DNA of 63,620 nt, the filler included, from Atractiella rhizophila (Eukaryota), in assembly GCA_021432655.1 (NCBI GenBank). It is 5 parts of 5 records of this genome, joined end to end, with 100 filler letters (N's around TTAATTAATTAA, not from the genome) between each part and the next. Parts side by side here need not be neighbours in the genome. Positions count along the whole stretch, not along the records: positions 15,381 to 30,601 come from MU271939.1; positions 30,702 to 45,906 come from MU271940.1; 3 more parts are not named here. One strand, written 5' to 3'. Position 1 is the stretch's first letter; each line of letters opens with the position of its first letter. Shown here piece after piece: positions 22,487-36,893 of this stretch. The notes under the pieces are model-generated. The model worked only from the letters and a program-made list of their open reading frames with translations. It searched no databases and had not been told where the DNA came from. Both the position numbers and the translations under genes were made by a program.

Positions 22487-23833
22487 CTCACGTTCAGATG
22501 GATCCCTTCATTAATATTTGAGTTAAGTTAGTGGATTGTTTATCTTCAGCAATCCTTCTGGTTCGCTGGACTGTGTGTCTGCTCAAGAGCGAGGCGACTT
22601 TTTATTGCCGTTCCAACTGATTTTACTTGCTGCAAGTGCCATTCGGCTCGCTTAAGAGTTAGAACAGGAGCTATGGAGACCATGGCGAGATGGACACCCG
22701 TCCTTCTACATACTCGGTCTGCTCTCGTCACACGTCTCTTTAATCGATGCGATGGCACCTGATCACAATGAGAGTCATCCACAAAAACCAAATCTCATCG
22801 TCGTCTTCATACTTCTTTTCGTCTTAAATTCCATCTTGCCACGCTCGTGAAGCGAGCCCCAATTGGCGCCAATCGCTCTCATCGACCCGTGAAAGAGCCC
22901 TCTCTCTATCTGGCCTGGGATTGATCACGGGGTGCTTACGTTTGTTAATACCTTGAATACGACGTATGGATCAAAGTTGATGAACCCTGAAAGCTCGAGG
23001 AGCGGTGAAATGTGCCCTAGTCGGGACTATTGGTAGCTCTTCCAGCGTAGCATTGCCCTCAAAACACTAGCTGACGATCCACGTCGCTCCACAACCTTAC
23101 TCCCGACCTTGTCGCCTTGACGGACAAAATAAGTGCATCGGCGACGGGTCAACGATTGCGAATGCTTGAGCGCTTGAGCTCTTTTGGCGGAAGCCTGTTC
23201 TGAATGCGGAGGAGCGGTATATGCAGGAGAGGATTTCTCTCTCTCCCTCTCCCTAGATAGACTGAAGGTCTTGTTTCTGCATTATGCCTGTGCGTCTCGC
23301 CTTTCAAAAGTCTTCAATTGTCTGCGGTGATGTTTTTTTAAAATCCTTTAGTGGTCAAACCACCTTGTTGTGTGGCTTGGCAAAACACCGACTCAAGGAT
23401 AGGATGAGAGAGCAAGTATTTACAACTGATGGATACCGTGTATCCCCCCTAGCTTGGGCGGTCGAAATACTGTTGCCCTGCCACGTACTGATGGCGGACC
23501 TCTCGTTCTCTTTTCCTCACATGATTGTCTAAAATGTCAAGCAAATGAATGTGAAGCGGCAACCTGAAACGGGTGATAGGCAATACATAAAAAAAAAAGG
23601 TCGCATCACCACGGCAAGCTTACACCTTAGACAGCTGCAGTCAGTGCAGCAAGTTAAAAATTGAGCCGTCATTCTGTATTTTCAGCTTCTCATCTTATCT
23701 ACTTGCTATCTTTGTTTCAATTCTGCCCGATGAGACTATCGAATAATCAGAGCAAAGTATGTACAGTTAGTCACCTTCACCCACTGTCCAGTGGTACATA
23801 TTCGTAACAAGTGAGTTAATTTGGAGTACACGA

Positions 23834-25835
23834 TCAAGATTTAACTTTTCTGTACTTGATATGGCATTTCGCCCTTTCCTGTGCGTTAGGCGGCCTCGTC
23901 CCCTGCACTCGAACGTCAGGACGAGGCACGAAGTCGCTGGGTTCGCCAGTCTTGGTCACCACTTCGAGGTCGAAGTTGGCGATGAAGAAAGCGGTGACGA
24001 GTTTCTCGAGCAACTTCGCAAGCCTCATCCCTGACCGTATAACTCTTAGCTACTCTTCAGATGAGATGAAACGCAACAGAAATCTCTCACCCAGACATGG
24101 ATGTCGTCCCATTCCCCATCCCAAATAGCCGTAAGGGATGGACGATCCTTCGCCACGTGAATATCGCGATATGTCGAAATCCATTGGGTTGGGATAGATG
24201 TTCGGGTTCATGTGAACGTCCGCAAGTGGGTATGCCTGGGTCATGCCGTATTAGATCTTTGTTCTATCTCACAGAAACGGAAGGAACCGCATACGAGGAT
24301 GGCTTTGTGCGGTAAAGTGTACAGTTTGTCCTCGACTTGAAGAGGACAGTCTGATCCGATATTTTGACGATATGCGTGACCGGTCAAGAACAGACGGATG
24401 CCTTCTTTCAGTGCCTGGACCATTTTGACTTTGTTATCTTGACGTGGCAAAATGACGCACTAAATCGATTGTCTCCAGACCATCTTCCCATTCCCTCAAT
24501 GGTACACATTTTAAGGCGTCAACAGTTGAGTTCGATGCATCCCTGTAGGGTAGACTCAAATCGATGACCTCCTTACGAGCTTGAGCCAAGACAGATGGGT
24601 TTTGAAGCATCAGGACTGTCGTGTAGCCAATAAGGATGCCTACACTCGCATTACTTTGATTTATCATCCAGAAGTGAATTCATACCTGAATTGGTTTGAC
24701 CTGCAAACAACGTCCCCAGAACCGTCTTCACAATGGTCATTTCGTCGTCTCCACAACTAAGGAGATATTGTAAAGGATCTACTTCTTGATTAAATCTTGC
24801 TGAAGATATATGCGTTCACGAACCGTCTTCTACCACACCGGTCTTACGCCGGTTACTAATGATGCCCTTAAAAATGAAGTAGAGTCGAGCTCCAGCTATC
24901 GTCCTCATAATCTTTGCTGGCGAAGGGATCCAAGGAAAAAGAATACCCGACGCACTGCAAGATGACGGTTACTATTTCTCTGATAAACTTAAAAGGGATA
25001 CCCTTACCCAACTGGAGATTCCAGCTGAAGGAAGAGGCGCGCGACTTTCCGTAGTCGTGGTTCGTTTTCTGATATTTCTCTGCAGCCGATGATACGAACT
25101 ATCAGTTTGAAGATGATAAAATATAGAGTATCGAAGCTGTTGGCAGTGATTTTAGACCTTGAACCATGTATTGGTAAATGGGCGTACGGATCCATAATGC
25201 CCTCATCTGGCAATGCTTGGAAGTACTTGTCGATGTCTTCCAGAAATTGTGGAAGGGCAGCCTCAAGCTTATCTGGCCTATCTCAGCTTTGAAGTCAGAG
25301 ACTTCTATCTATTTAGTAGAATGTCAACCTAATCATTGCCACGAGTCTCTTGATTGGTATTTTTGCTTCTGCATTGTCTAGAGTTTCGTTCGCTATTCCT
25401 TTATCAGGATCGGGTATTCCTACCAACGCTCTGTGACCTGTCACAAACTAGTTACCGAGGGAGCGAGTCTCAACAGAAACTCGTACCCGCTTCGAGGTCA
25501 AACTGTTTTCCTGCTTCGAACATCCACTTTCTGAGGTTTTCTCCTACCATCGTGATGAACAGTCGATCTGTCAGGTTGAAGGAGAAGATCGTCGAGTCCA
25601 AGCTTTTCACAGAATCTTGTGCGAAGTGCCATGGGCTTATTAGGAATTGAAGGGATCCTATGAGCGGCCAACGATGAGGGGAGACAGGAGGAATATTCTG
25701 CTTCTTGCTTGGAGGATGCAAGCGTGATGTTGCAAACGCGTAGATGAGGTTGGCAAAGACCCACGACATGCCAACCGAAGTGAGCACGACGAGAGGATCA
25801 AATTGAAGAAGAAAGGCGTGGATTTCGGTAGCCAT
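23834..25835 (-). CDS. Cytochrome P450 (multi-exon)
   Basis: N-terminal TM helix and proline hinge, I-helix LFAGQTNS, EGIR (ExxR), heme motif GWGMGRHPCLG. Confidence 0.93.
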
Positions 25836-26811
25836 TTCCGAGTTCAAGGTGAACAGTGGGAAGGCTGCCTACAGTATCTTAGGCTTTTATCTCTCTCTCA
25901 TGCTATCTCCTCTGCCTATGAATAGTCGATCTACCTCGCAGAATTTCATATCCTCTCTAATCCTTGGCTGTAGATGCAGGGAGAGGAGGGGTTGCGGAGC
26001 TTGACCAAACTTCCTCCTTCCGCCATCCCCTGGATGAATGTCGGCTGTTTACCCCCTCGTCACAGTGGCTGATGGTGGAAATTTGCTGCTTCAAATGTAG
26101 GTACGAAGTTCGTTTATCAAGCATGGGATCTCACTTTACTTGGGGGAGTATCAGTCCGTCCTCAAATCCGTCATCACCAATATTGCAATTCCTCCTCGGA
26201 ATGCCTTTGGCAAGTACTTCGACTAGCCCCCACTGCCGCGACAAGTGATCAATCACGGTTTAATCACGTTCAATCTCGAACAGTGGAAGGCGGACGGGTC
26301 GGAACGTGCATATCTCGAAATTCATTGTTCCGATTTCAAAGCCAACATGGATACAAGAGGAGTAGACTCAGGGCTGGACAAACCGGCCTATTATCGCGAC
26401 ACGGATGCTGAACATGGGTCATCAAGCTTCAGGACCCATATTGAAGAGGGTTCAAAAGACGGTTCATGTCCACCCTCGATCGCGAGGAAGATCCGATTAC
26501 CATAGACGCTCGAGTGAAAAGAGTCATTTGCTTCATCGCCTACCGTAACTCTGTAGTGTCTCTCGTACGTGGCTGAGCTCCGCAAATAATGTCTTCAAGC
26601 ATGCAGTAAATTCTCAGCTTGCAGCTTGTCCCTTGCTGTAGGTAGAGATTGAGTTCAACTCAAGAGAGAAAGCAATGGTAGAAAAAGTACTGTTGCTAGT
26701 GCCCAATTATTATTCCAAATTACTCACTAGTACGCAAGGCAAAAATCTTTGGGACATTTCATGCGTCTTTTCTGAACGTCATAAAGCTTTCATTCCACCA
26801 GTTATAATTCT

Positions 26812-28712
26812 TTATGCACCCACCTCTGCCACCTGGCCTTCCTTTCCACTCTGCAGGGACTTCTCCACCCTTCCTATGCCNNNNNNNNNNNNNNNNNNNN
26901 NNNNNNNNNNNNNNNNNNNNNNNNNNNNNNNNNNNNNNNNNNNNNNNNNNNNNNNNNNNNNNNNNNNNNNNNNNNNNNNNNNNNNNNNNNNNNNNNNNNN
27001 NNNNNNNNNNNNNNNNNNNNNNNNNNNNNNNNNNNNNNNNNNNNNNNNNNNNNNNNNNNNNNNNNNNNNNNNNNNNNNNNNNNNNNNNNNNNNNNNNNNN
27101 NNNNNNNNNNNNNNNNNNNNNNNNNNNNNNNNNNNNAGTAGGCTTACGACAAGGATTTCATGACTAAGTGCTCTAACTTCATCCCCTGGCAGCCCAGTCT
27201 CGCTCGCAATGTCCATGAAACTCATGTTGGACCGTTGAGAAGAGGAGCGGTTGAAAACTGACTCAAGGAGGGACATGAGGCAGATTTTTTGTCGAAGGAA
27301 GGAATACGATTCTTGGAGGATCGGCTGTTCATGACAACAAATCGATCAGCGACGAGGTTTGCGAAAAATCGGAGTAAGGAAGGGCGACAGAGAATATTGG
27401 CGAAAGACCCAGTCGAATGAAAAGTGGGAGCGGAGGTAAAGAGCCAAAACATACCTCTCTCTCCAAATACGGGGCCAACGTCTCGAATTTCCCAATGCTC
27501 CCCTCATTGAACGCAAACAATAACTGTCGTAGCCAGTCATGATTTGTGCCCTCCAGATAACTCAGTATAGGATGAAGCAACTATTACATTCCAAAGATGA
27601 TTTCAGTGCTTCATAAAGCGAAGCAAGAGGGGAAGAAAGAAGGGAGGACATACGAGTTCTCCGAAATTATAGACACTCTCCCCAAGTAAGGCGGAGATGC
27701 TTAAATCGTGAGCCCGTCCGACGAGTTCTTCACGAGGAATAGGAGAAGATGAGAGGGGTTTGGGGAGACAGGAGAGGAAGAGGAGGGAGGTGCGATAGTA
27801 GAGGACATAGTCGGATTTGGCCTATTGCCCAATCAGGAGTGTTCAGTATCTCCCTATCTGTCACAGAAGGGACAAGGACGCGGTGGGGATGGACGCAACA
27901 AAGCGGGAAGCGGGAGGCGCAAGAGAGAGAAAGCACCTTGTAATAGTCTCCAGCGACTCTGTAAACCGCTCCTCTAACACCCACATCCGCACCTTCTTTC
28001 CCGCCACTCAAACCATCCAATATGGTCATACACTCGTCGATCTGCTTTTTTGTCGCATCCAAGTCACCTATCGACCCACGCATCAGCACTGTATATCCTA
28101 TTCCTCGTAGCAACTGGGCGAGGGAGATGAGCGAATGAAGATGTACCGAGAAGTAAAGAATAGTGAGCTCCTGAGATGGTCAAGAGGACATAAGCCTCAG
28201 GTGCCTTCTCTTGAGGCGGAGTAGGGAGGAGCGGAACGAGTGTCTGTAAGAAAGGGAGAGATGTTGAAGGGTCTGTATTCATCAATATCATCAGTTCAAT
28301 CTCACTCTCTGGATTAGATGGGGTGAACAATGACAAAGAAGGAAAGGGGACGCAAGAAAGGGAGAGGACAGACCTGCAAACTCCCTTGCCGTTGCCACAC
28401 CTAGTTCTACCAGTTTGAGACTGTTCAAGTTCTTGGCGAAATGAAGGATGAAATGCTCGAAGAGGGGGATGAGGATCGGAGAGGACTCTTTCTGGGCTTG
28501 AAATTGGAGGAGGGAAAGTGTCAGAGGGTACCATAATCTATTCAGCCACACAACAGGTATCAGTATGTGCAAAATCTATACAGTACAGGAAAGAAGATAT
28601 GTCACTTTTTGGAGTACAAAGTCCCGAATTGTCCAATGAAAGTCTGGAGTGATGGTGGGAAGTCGGGAGAAGAAGACAGCGTCTCGAGGAAGGAGATGGG
28701 GTCTTGAGACAT
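26812..28712 (-). CDS. RPN9: 26S proteasome lid subunit Rpn9/PSMD13 (spans an N gap)
   Basis: LYSKKLW, RAHDLSISALLGESVYNFGELLLHPIL, WLRQLLFAFNEG, KICLMSLLESVF PCI-domain motifs. Confidence 0.9.
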
Positions 28713-29136
28713 CGCTGTAATACGCCTTAGAGCTCTATAAATGCTGGGTAGGAGAGACGACTAGAAGAGAGGCTGGAACTGTCGACTTTGTCGTTTTTGG
28801 CGGACGCGTAAGATTTGTTGGCTGGAAGGCTACAAACATCCGGACGGCCGTTGAAAACCACACACGCAGTCTACTTGCCGTAACCTGACTTCCATCTAAC
28901 ATTGACTGCAGCTGGATTTGCTATTCCTGAACTTGTTACTTGCTTGGTCCTGTCCTGTTATGTACTCTGTCATTGATTAAAAGTCTTGGACTTTTTGCAT
29001 TGTTCTCTGTGCGACCAGCCCAAATATATCTCGAAACGAATAATAACATTAACATCAACGCTTCCAACCTCAAACAGCGACAGCGACAGCATTTCAAGCT
29101 CATCCAAACCAAAAAGAAAGCCAACCGAAATGTCAA

Positions 29137-30601
29137 TTAAATAGCCACGATAGCGGCTCCAACAGCGACGAAAGCAGCCGCGAGCGATCCCAACATCATA
29201 GGACCGAAAGCCTGAGCAGACGAATGGTCAGCAGCAGCTGAGTTGCTTCCGCTCTTCGCCGCGCTTTGAGCTCCAGTCGTCTTCGAGGAGGAGGAGGAGG
29301 ACGAGCTGCTGGACGACGTCTGCTGTGGGGACGAGGCGGCTCCGGTGGCAGCTCCCGAGTCGGGAGTGTAGAGCGCGTTCGTGATCGGATTGGAGTTGCC
29401 TGCTGAGAGGGGCAGGTCGAGCTTGGCGACTGGGGTCTCGGTTACACCTGGAAGGCTGAGTTGCGTTGTTCCAGCAACTGCACCCAAAAATCAATTGGTC
29501 AGAGAGATGGAATGAAGAGGAGGGGAGGAACGAACCGTAGGCTTTGAAGTCGGGGTACTCGTACTCGTCCTCCATGTAGGGGTGCGTCACGTTGTGACAG
29601 ACACCGACAGGCACGACGGCCTTGAAGGCGGACTGGACCTTGGGCAACCAGGTGATCGCCTTCTCCATCGTCTCTCCATCAATCTCGTGGGTCAGGACGA
29701 TGGGTCTACCAAAGTCTTCAATAAACGATACTCCTCTCATAGAGGATGGGAAGCATACCCGTAAGTGCTGAATGTTCCATTCGCAGCTGCGTCAATGAGG
29801 CCTTGGTAGTTGGCATCAATCTGTTTGAGTCCGAGGACGGGCCAGTTCCAATCGCTGTGGCACGGTATCAACGCTGGGCACTTGACAAATGATGGAAAGA
29901 AAGGCTTACAAGATGTCCCTGACCCAAGTGATAGTTTGCAGTCCGAGAGACTGAGCAATGAACCTGATCCTGTCATCAACGTCTCCGAAGGCTGGTCGCC
30001 AGCACTTGGGAGTGACGCCGATGACTTCCTTGATGATCTTCTGGGTGTAATAGAGCTCAGCAAAGGCTTGCTCGTTCGTCAATCCTGTCATGTATCTGCC
30101 GCACATAGTCAATTCGTCTCAACTATTGCAGCCAGGAATGCGAGGCATACCGGTGCGACCAGCTATGCTCCAAAGTCAGCATTCTGCAATTTTTTAAAAG
30201 AAAAGTGCGACTTACGTGTGCACACAGATTTCGTGACCATCAACCAAGGCTCGCTGAGCCTGATAAGGCCAGTTCATGACATTAGACCTTGACCAACGTC
30301 AGCTCTCAAGCAGCAGGACATATTGTCTCCTCACCCGATGAAGAACTGTATCAAGGTCAGAATGAAAACAATGTCTTTAAAAGAAAAGAAGTCAACGAAC
30401 CATAGTCGCCTTCTGGTTTTGTTCCCGCAAGTAGTCGTAGAAAGCATTGTGGGAGCAGTTTGGTCCATCGTCATAGGTCAATCCCCAAGTGTTCGGCTAC
30501 ATCCATCACTTTTCTCAGCTGTCGTCCTTCGAGCACAGAGACGAAAGATTCACCTCGTTACAAGTGGTAAGATCACCAATGACGCCCTTGGTCTTTCCAG
30601 A
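29137..30601 (-). CDS. Chitin deacetylase (CE4), GPI-anchored; 5' truncated at scaffold end
   Basis: YDDGP, HEICVHT, WRPAFGDVDDRIR and IVLTHE motifs; Ser-rich stalk and hydrophobic C-terminus. Confidence 0.9.
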
Positions 30602-30701
30602 NNNNNNNNNNNNNNNNNNNNNNNNNNNNNNNNNNNNNNNNNNNNTTAATTAATTAANNNNNNNNNNNNNNNNNNNNNNNNNNNNNNNNNNNNNNNNNNN
30701 N
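30602..30701. other. Artificial scaffold linker
   Basis: N-TTAATTAATTAA-N, 100 nt. Confidence 0.97.
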
Positions 30702-31360
30702 CTGGAAAGACGTACCCTTTACGCAACAATTTCCTTTAGCTTTCACAAACTCGCTCCAGCTGCTCTGTCCAAAGAACATGCTCTTCACATTTCTCTTCTG
30801 CGCGTCCCCCACTACTTCCATCACGGCTTCTGTCCCATCCGAGCGCTTTCCGGAGAAGTTGAGAGAGAAAAGAGAGGAACAAAATGCTGGGCTGCCTGTC
30901 TTGCAGAATTTACAGGCCCCGCAGTGCGCGAAGGAGAGAATCACTGAATCTCCTGGGGCTACATGGGTGACGGAGGAACCGATTTGCTGCACTTCACATC
31001 GCAGGGGATGGAATCAAATTTGGATATAAAAGAATCTGTGAAAGATACCTATTCCTGCTCCTTCCTAAGAAAATTGTTATCGATGAGGAAAACTCAAAAG
31101 CTAACGCTTACATGCCCGGGAATGACGGGAGGCGTCAAATAAAAAGAGCCCTTGACTACTTTCGAGTCGGTGTAGCAGATGCCAGTAGCAACTAGCTGGA
31201 CCAAAACTAAATTCAAGGATGCGAATCAGAATTTTGGATGAGGCTCCGTAACAAAAAGGCAGGTATCACCTTCATCGTCTTGCAGACCTTCTGGTAGCTC
31301 CAGCTCGACTCTTGTCACTTTCTCTCCAGCTTCCAGGGCAACCAACGCTCGAGTTCTCAT
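30702..31360 (-). CDS. Zinc-dependent alcohol dehydrogenase (MDR, aryl-alcohol type); 3' truncated
   Basis: GICYTD, GH|EGAG, CGACKFCKTGSPAFC structural Zn site, FFGQSSWS. Confidence 0.88.
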
Positions 31361-32461
31361 CCTAAATTATTTCGAAGATCTTCAACTGGACCCAAGAAAG
31401 CAATGAATGAAAGGTCTAATAGGCTTGACAATCTCTTGTAATTAACCGGCTGACAGATTCTCCGGATTAGAAGCGGGTCTCTTGAAGCTTTCAAGCAGCA
31501 GTTGAGATGGACCTCCCATATGAACAATGCATTCCACCACTGCAGAATGAGGTTGAGGTCAAAGAAGACTCTAAACCCTACGGGAACTTTCCATCAGAGT
31601 AGGTTTTGAGCGGACTGCAATAACGCGACAGGCAACCCGTACAATAGTGCATACCAGTCTGAGAGGGAGTGCTATACTCAGACTTCGACGATATGAGATA
31701 CGACGGAATGACTGGGACTCTGTTCTTTCGCATTGAATTTAAGATGAAAGGAAGCGTAACAAGAACATTGAATGCAGAACAAGCATGACTGTATGAACGT
31801 TACTAGATGCTTTCCTGGAAGTGGCTCGTCAAGCAGACCTTGACAGGACAGTTACAAATTCTAAAACGACTGACAGAGCAGAAGCTCAACCCTGGCTCGA
31901 TAGGAAGCATGCTCTTCGATACTCGCCGTCTCTCAATATTCTGGAGCTTGCCTGAGCAAAGTGACCGCGGCCCTCATAGCCCAGACCTGTTCCAGTCGAA
32001 CGCACCAGGTTCTGACACTGGGATAAGGCCTTTTCTAGGCCAAACCAAACGGTGTGAGCGAGCTCCAAGAGAACTCATCACATCCGGATGAGTCGGGACG
32101 AAGCTTGTGTCCAACCTTAAACCTCGTTGTTGTTTTCGACCATCCCTTCATCAACTGCTTCACAACACCCAACAACACGCCCACATTCTCCCCCTTCTCG
32201 CTCAGTCTCTCGTCTTATTAGTCTCACGCAAGTGAAGACGCGTTTTTTGTACGTTTCTCCGTGAGAACACGTCCGTTGGGGAGCATCAACAAGAAGGAGT
32301 TCTTTCGAGTTTGGGATGGAGAAGTCAAATACGATGAATGCCAAACAGGCTGGCGAAGGTATGTCCTCCCAATTGTTAACTAGATGGGATGGGATTTATG
32401 AACATTCTCTGGGTTAGCATACCGACCTCCTTCTCCCACTTCGCCGGCTAAGCCAAGAACC

Positions 32462-33777
32462 ATGACCCGTCGTTTCCCGAGCTCAATCCAGACTCCCAAA
32501 CAGCAGATTCAACTTCCTTCGACTCCCAAAGCCCCAAAACACTTCTCTAACCTGTATTCCACATCCTATACGCCGCAGCCACCACCCACCCCTATCTATC
32601 GCAACTTCAAAGCACCAGTATGTGCGAGGAAGAACCTCCGCTCCAATGTTGCGCCTTCCTCGGAAGATGAAAGCGATCCGTTCTCAGAGAACTATGTTCC
32701 TGTCGCGCTAAGGAATCGACGTTTGGATAGAACATCAGATGGGTGGAGTGATTCTTCGGATGAGGAGGATGAGGCGGTGACGTTGAAGAGGAAGGAGGCA
32801 AGGGATAGATGGCGCCGCTTACCGGGAGAGAAGGGTAGCGATTTAGTCCTCACTTTGTCCGTATCCTCACTTTACACCGTCTTGCTGATCTGATATGCTG
32901 AAACCGGAATAGCCGTAATCAAACCGTCGACCCTTTCAATCCTCCAGCAGAAGCTTTGGCGGCCATCAAGACTCGCAGGCTTGTAAGCAGGTTCGGGGGT
33001 AGCGATGATGAGGACGATTGGGCCCTTCCCTGCGAAGACTGGGCGGCTTCTCGCAAACTTCTTTGGGCTCCTGATCACGTCGCAACTGCCCGAGCGACCG
33101 GGAAGACGGTAGATGATGTGGTGACGAAGATGATGGATCCCGAAGATCTGAGCGATGCGGAGGAGAGAAAGGAGCTCGAAGCCGAAGTCGATGGAATGTA
33201 TGGACCGAGTCACTCGAGGAGGATTGAAAGAGCTCTCGACTTTTCAAAGGTCAGAATCTCCGAGGAACAGAGCGACGAATACGAAGAGACAGAGTCTGAG
33301 GAGCAAACTGAGCTCGAAGATTTCGCAACGACTACCGAAGAGGAGGTGGATTACGACGTCGATGAGATCATGGAGGAGCAAGAGGAGAGGGAAGACTCTC
33401 CGGAAGTCGAAGCGGATCTCACCCTCGTCTCCCAAACCGCCCCGGAATCCACTGCCCTCTGTGCTTCCGACTCCGAACTCGAAGGCGAGACCACTCTCGT
33501 TTCCACCCCTCCCCGTCGCAGCTCCTCCCACAAGTTGATTGGTTCGCCCACATCAGTGAGGAAGAATCCCTTCAAGTTTGCTGGATCGAATGAAGCGGTG
33601 TCGATGTCGATTGGAATGAAGGGTCTAGACCTAACCAAAGGTCCTGAAGGTAAAGCGAATGGGTTCGCACTCATGCCTACGCCACAGAGCTTGCCGAGAA
33701 AGAAAACCAGAGATCTGGTGACAGGAGACGATTTTGCTGGGTTGGGAAAGAGGAAGAGAGACAACTTGTTCGCCTGA
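32462..33777 (+). CDS. Hypothetical acidic, disordered protein (probably two exons)
   Basis: Two long ORFs (32462..32893, 32956..33777) joinable by a short GT-AG intron near 32834-32912; no domain recognised. Confidence 0.6.
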
Positions 33778-34703
33778 TCGAATGCAGGCAAGGAAGAGGC
33801 GACCCAGCAGCCGAACCGAAGCCAAATCACACCATTACCTACTTATTGCGACTGAACGGACGGTCGTATCAATCCTGCAAAGATTGAACCAGTCTCATTT
33901 CCACTTGTTTTTGATTATCGTTCTTCAGTTCTACCACTTCAAAGTTGAATTATTGACCATTGACTTTCTTTCCGGTACTGATTCTCTCATCCATCATAGT
34001 CCCTCTCTGTCTCCGTGCTCCTCTCCTACAACATATGCTAAGAACGTCACGCTCGTTTACTTTTAATCTCTGCATATTTTGTTCGAACCTTCCATGGGCA
34101 CAGGACAGCCTCGACATGTCTTATCTTACTCCTTGATTTCTTCCCATCTCTGAATCCATTTCTGCTTCTTCATCTCCATGGTCCCGTCGCAACCGCAACT
34201 GGACTCACTCGCTCCTTCTCTCAGTCTCATCGCCTTAATCATCCAAAGATAAATATTGATTATTTGTTCCTTGTTCCTTGTCCCTTTCTGTTTCGGTTTG
34301 TTTATTACCACATCCATCTATCCATCTATCCATCTATCCACTATCTTATTACCGCTGACTTCTAAGTCGCCTACTTGGCTTGTCTTGTTCTGTTTGAGAT
34401 CGAGACTTGGATTCGGGTTTTCGTCGACATTTGTTGATAGCGTGGTTTGATCGTAATGGGGACTCATGTTTGTAACTTAGCAAGTGAGGACGGTCAGACT
34501 CATTACTTTATAGGTTTACATGCAACTTCATGTTCCACTCCTAGTCATAGCGATCCAAGTAGGGTCAAAAGAACCGACCTTTTATTTTGAGAATAAGTAA
34601 ACATTGCATTTCGACGGTTAAGTTCATTGACTCGTGATGGGTATTTTGACATCTTTCATCCGTTACTTTATTCCTTTGCGATCTGCTAGCAAAATTCGCC
34701 TGT

Positions 34704-36893
34704 TCATTGACCAACAATGTACGGCTCGCTAGAGTTGAAAATGAGATATGGCTTGCGCTCGGCGAGGTCCAGGATCATCTCTGCAAATCAATGATCAACG
34801 AAAACAGAAGAATGATCGAGTTATTGATGAATACTTGCCTGCCCAGTACGAGTTTGCCCAAGCAAACCACGGTCTTGTGTACTTGGTTGTGTTGTAGATG
34901 TTCTGGGACTCGTGGATCAAGCCCAATCCAACGTGTTCTATTTACGAGGCCAAATGAGCTTTGAAAGGAAGAATAGAAAGTTCGTACGTTGGCAATCGTG
35001 TAAAGGTAAGTCATGATTTCAGAATCGTCGCTAGTTCCGTAAATGGAGCTGACTGTTTCAGCGTTTGGTTACAATTTGCAAACGGGACTCAAAGACGTAC
35101 TCAAGCTCATAGGCCACGGGTTTTGCGTTCCTACGAGGCACAGTGAGCGAGTTTTCTCGTGCAAATGAAAATGACAACAGACCAGGGCTGGCGTGTGGTC
35201 CGCCGACGCCGAAGAAATTCTTTCCCTTAGCAAAGTAGCCATTGCCCCTACTCAACAGTCTATCCTTTGTCTTCTTATATCTCCAATCGTTGCGATCTAA
35301 GAAACCAAGATACGGAAGTGAGAGGAGGGAAGGAACGTTAGCATCGTCCTGTCTATTGTGGGATCCAAATCCATCGACCTCGAACGAGAAGGAACCATCG
35401 AGGACACCATAGTCATAAATAGCCTTCTTGATCTGACTAGACCACTTCCTAGCTCCGGAAACGAAGGTGGAGGAGCCGTTTCCGACGCCTTCAATCGTGT
35501 CTGCCAGGTGCAACAGTTCGACGGACAGCATGGCGTTCGCGGGGACGAGGTAGGCGTAGATTCCTTTGTCATCTGAAGGACGGTGGTGGGTTCCCACCAT
35601 GCCAGTGTATGCCTGAAAGAACACAATGTGCGATGTGAGATTGGAGACACGAAACGTACCTTCGGCTCTCCGTTTCCAGAGTTGAAAATCCTGGGAGATA
35701 GTGCGCCAGTAGTACCAGTCCACTACGCACTCCTCATCAATACCGTACGAAAGTTGGAGAGTTCTCAGCTGCGCACATTGTAATAGGAGATATACTACAG
35801 CGTAGTGGTCCAATCAGCTCCATCAATCAAGAAGAGAAACTCGCCTACATTCCAGTTTTCATCGAAGGTCGGCTGACTTTGCTCATCCATGACCCTGAAG
35901 ATCTGTCCGATAGCTTCATACCAATTATCATTTGCGAACGACTTGTCACCAGTCGCAGAAAAGTAGGAGCGAGAGAGCTTGAGGAAACCACAGAGGGAGT
36001 CGATTTCGTATTTGCACTCGAAGACGGTCGTGTTGTCCACCTGCACCGTTTACCATCATTAAATTTGGGTTGGTAGGTGCAGATGTGGACAGAAGACTAA
36101 CGGGAGGGTTCACGGTCACGTTGTAAGCCCATTCATTGTAGGTTGGAGGGAGGCCGGATTCTGGAGGAGGTTGGAACGCTGTTTCATTCCGCATTCATTC
36201 AACGCCAATTCGACAGCCAGAGACGAAGAAGCAAGAACTGAGCGTACCTCCACAATAAGGAAACTGCTTGATGTAGCGTGCCTCGTTATTGATAATAGCC
36301 TTCACGAGCGTTGAGAGCTCAGTGTCATTCTTGAGGAGCTTGGAATAGTGAGCGAACTGGTTTGCTGTGTCGCGGAGCCATTGAGCACTACAGTAACTAT
36401 CAGCATGGGAAGATGGAATGATGGAGGAAAACATACTTGATATCCCCCGTGATGATAAAGGCGATGTTCTCAGTCTTTTCACCACGTTCCATCAGCCTTT
36501 CTTCAAGACAAGACGGAGAGAAAAGGGAAACTGACATCGTTGTAATAGCTAACAGTAGTATCTAGCGTATTAGGAAAGGTGTTCTCGAATAACCTAGCGA
36601 TATCTGGATCCTTCAGACGGGCTTTCATATCCGTGATGACTTTCTATTCAGTAACGTCTCTCTTCATGAGAATTGAACCGGCAGCTTCAGAAGAAACGGC
36701 ACACCTCGACAGAGGAGCTGTTGAAAGTTCTGCACTGCGGATCAGGACGCATGTAAGGGAGGGCGAGAGGTCCAGCAGAAGGGTTGCCTTGAGGCGTCTG
36801 GGAGTACTCGACATAGTCAGGACATCCTTCTGGCAGCCTCGGGCCGGCAAGGACGACTGGGAGGATGGGTAAGAGGGCTGTAAGCAACTGCAT
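34704..36893 (-). CDS. Glycoside hydrolase family 125 (exo-alpha-1,6-mannosidase-like), secreted
   Basis: Signal peptide; FENTFPNTLDTT, ITGDI/AQWLRD, FECKYEIDSL, RPSDD, DDANVPSLLSLPYLGF. Confidence 0.9.
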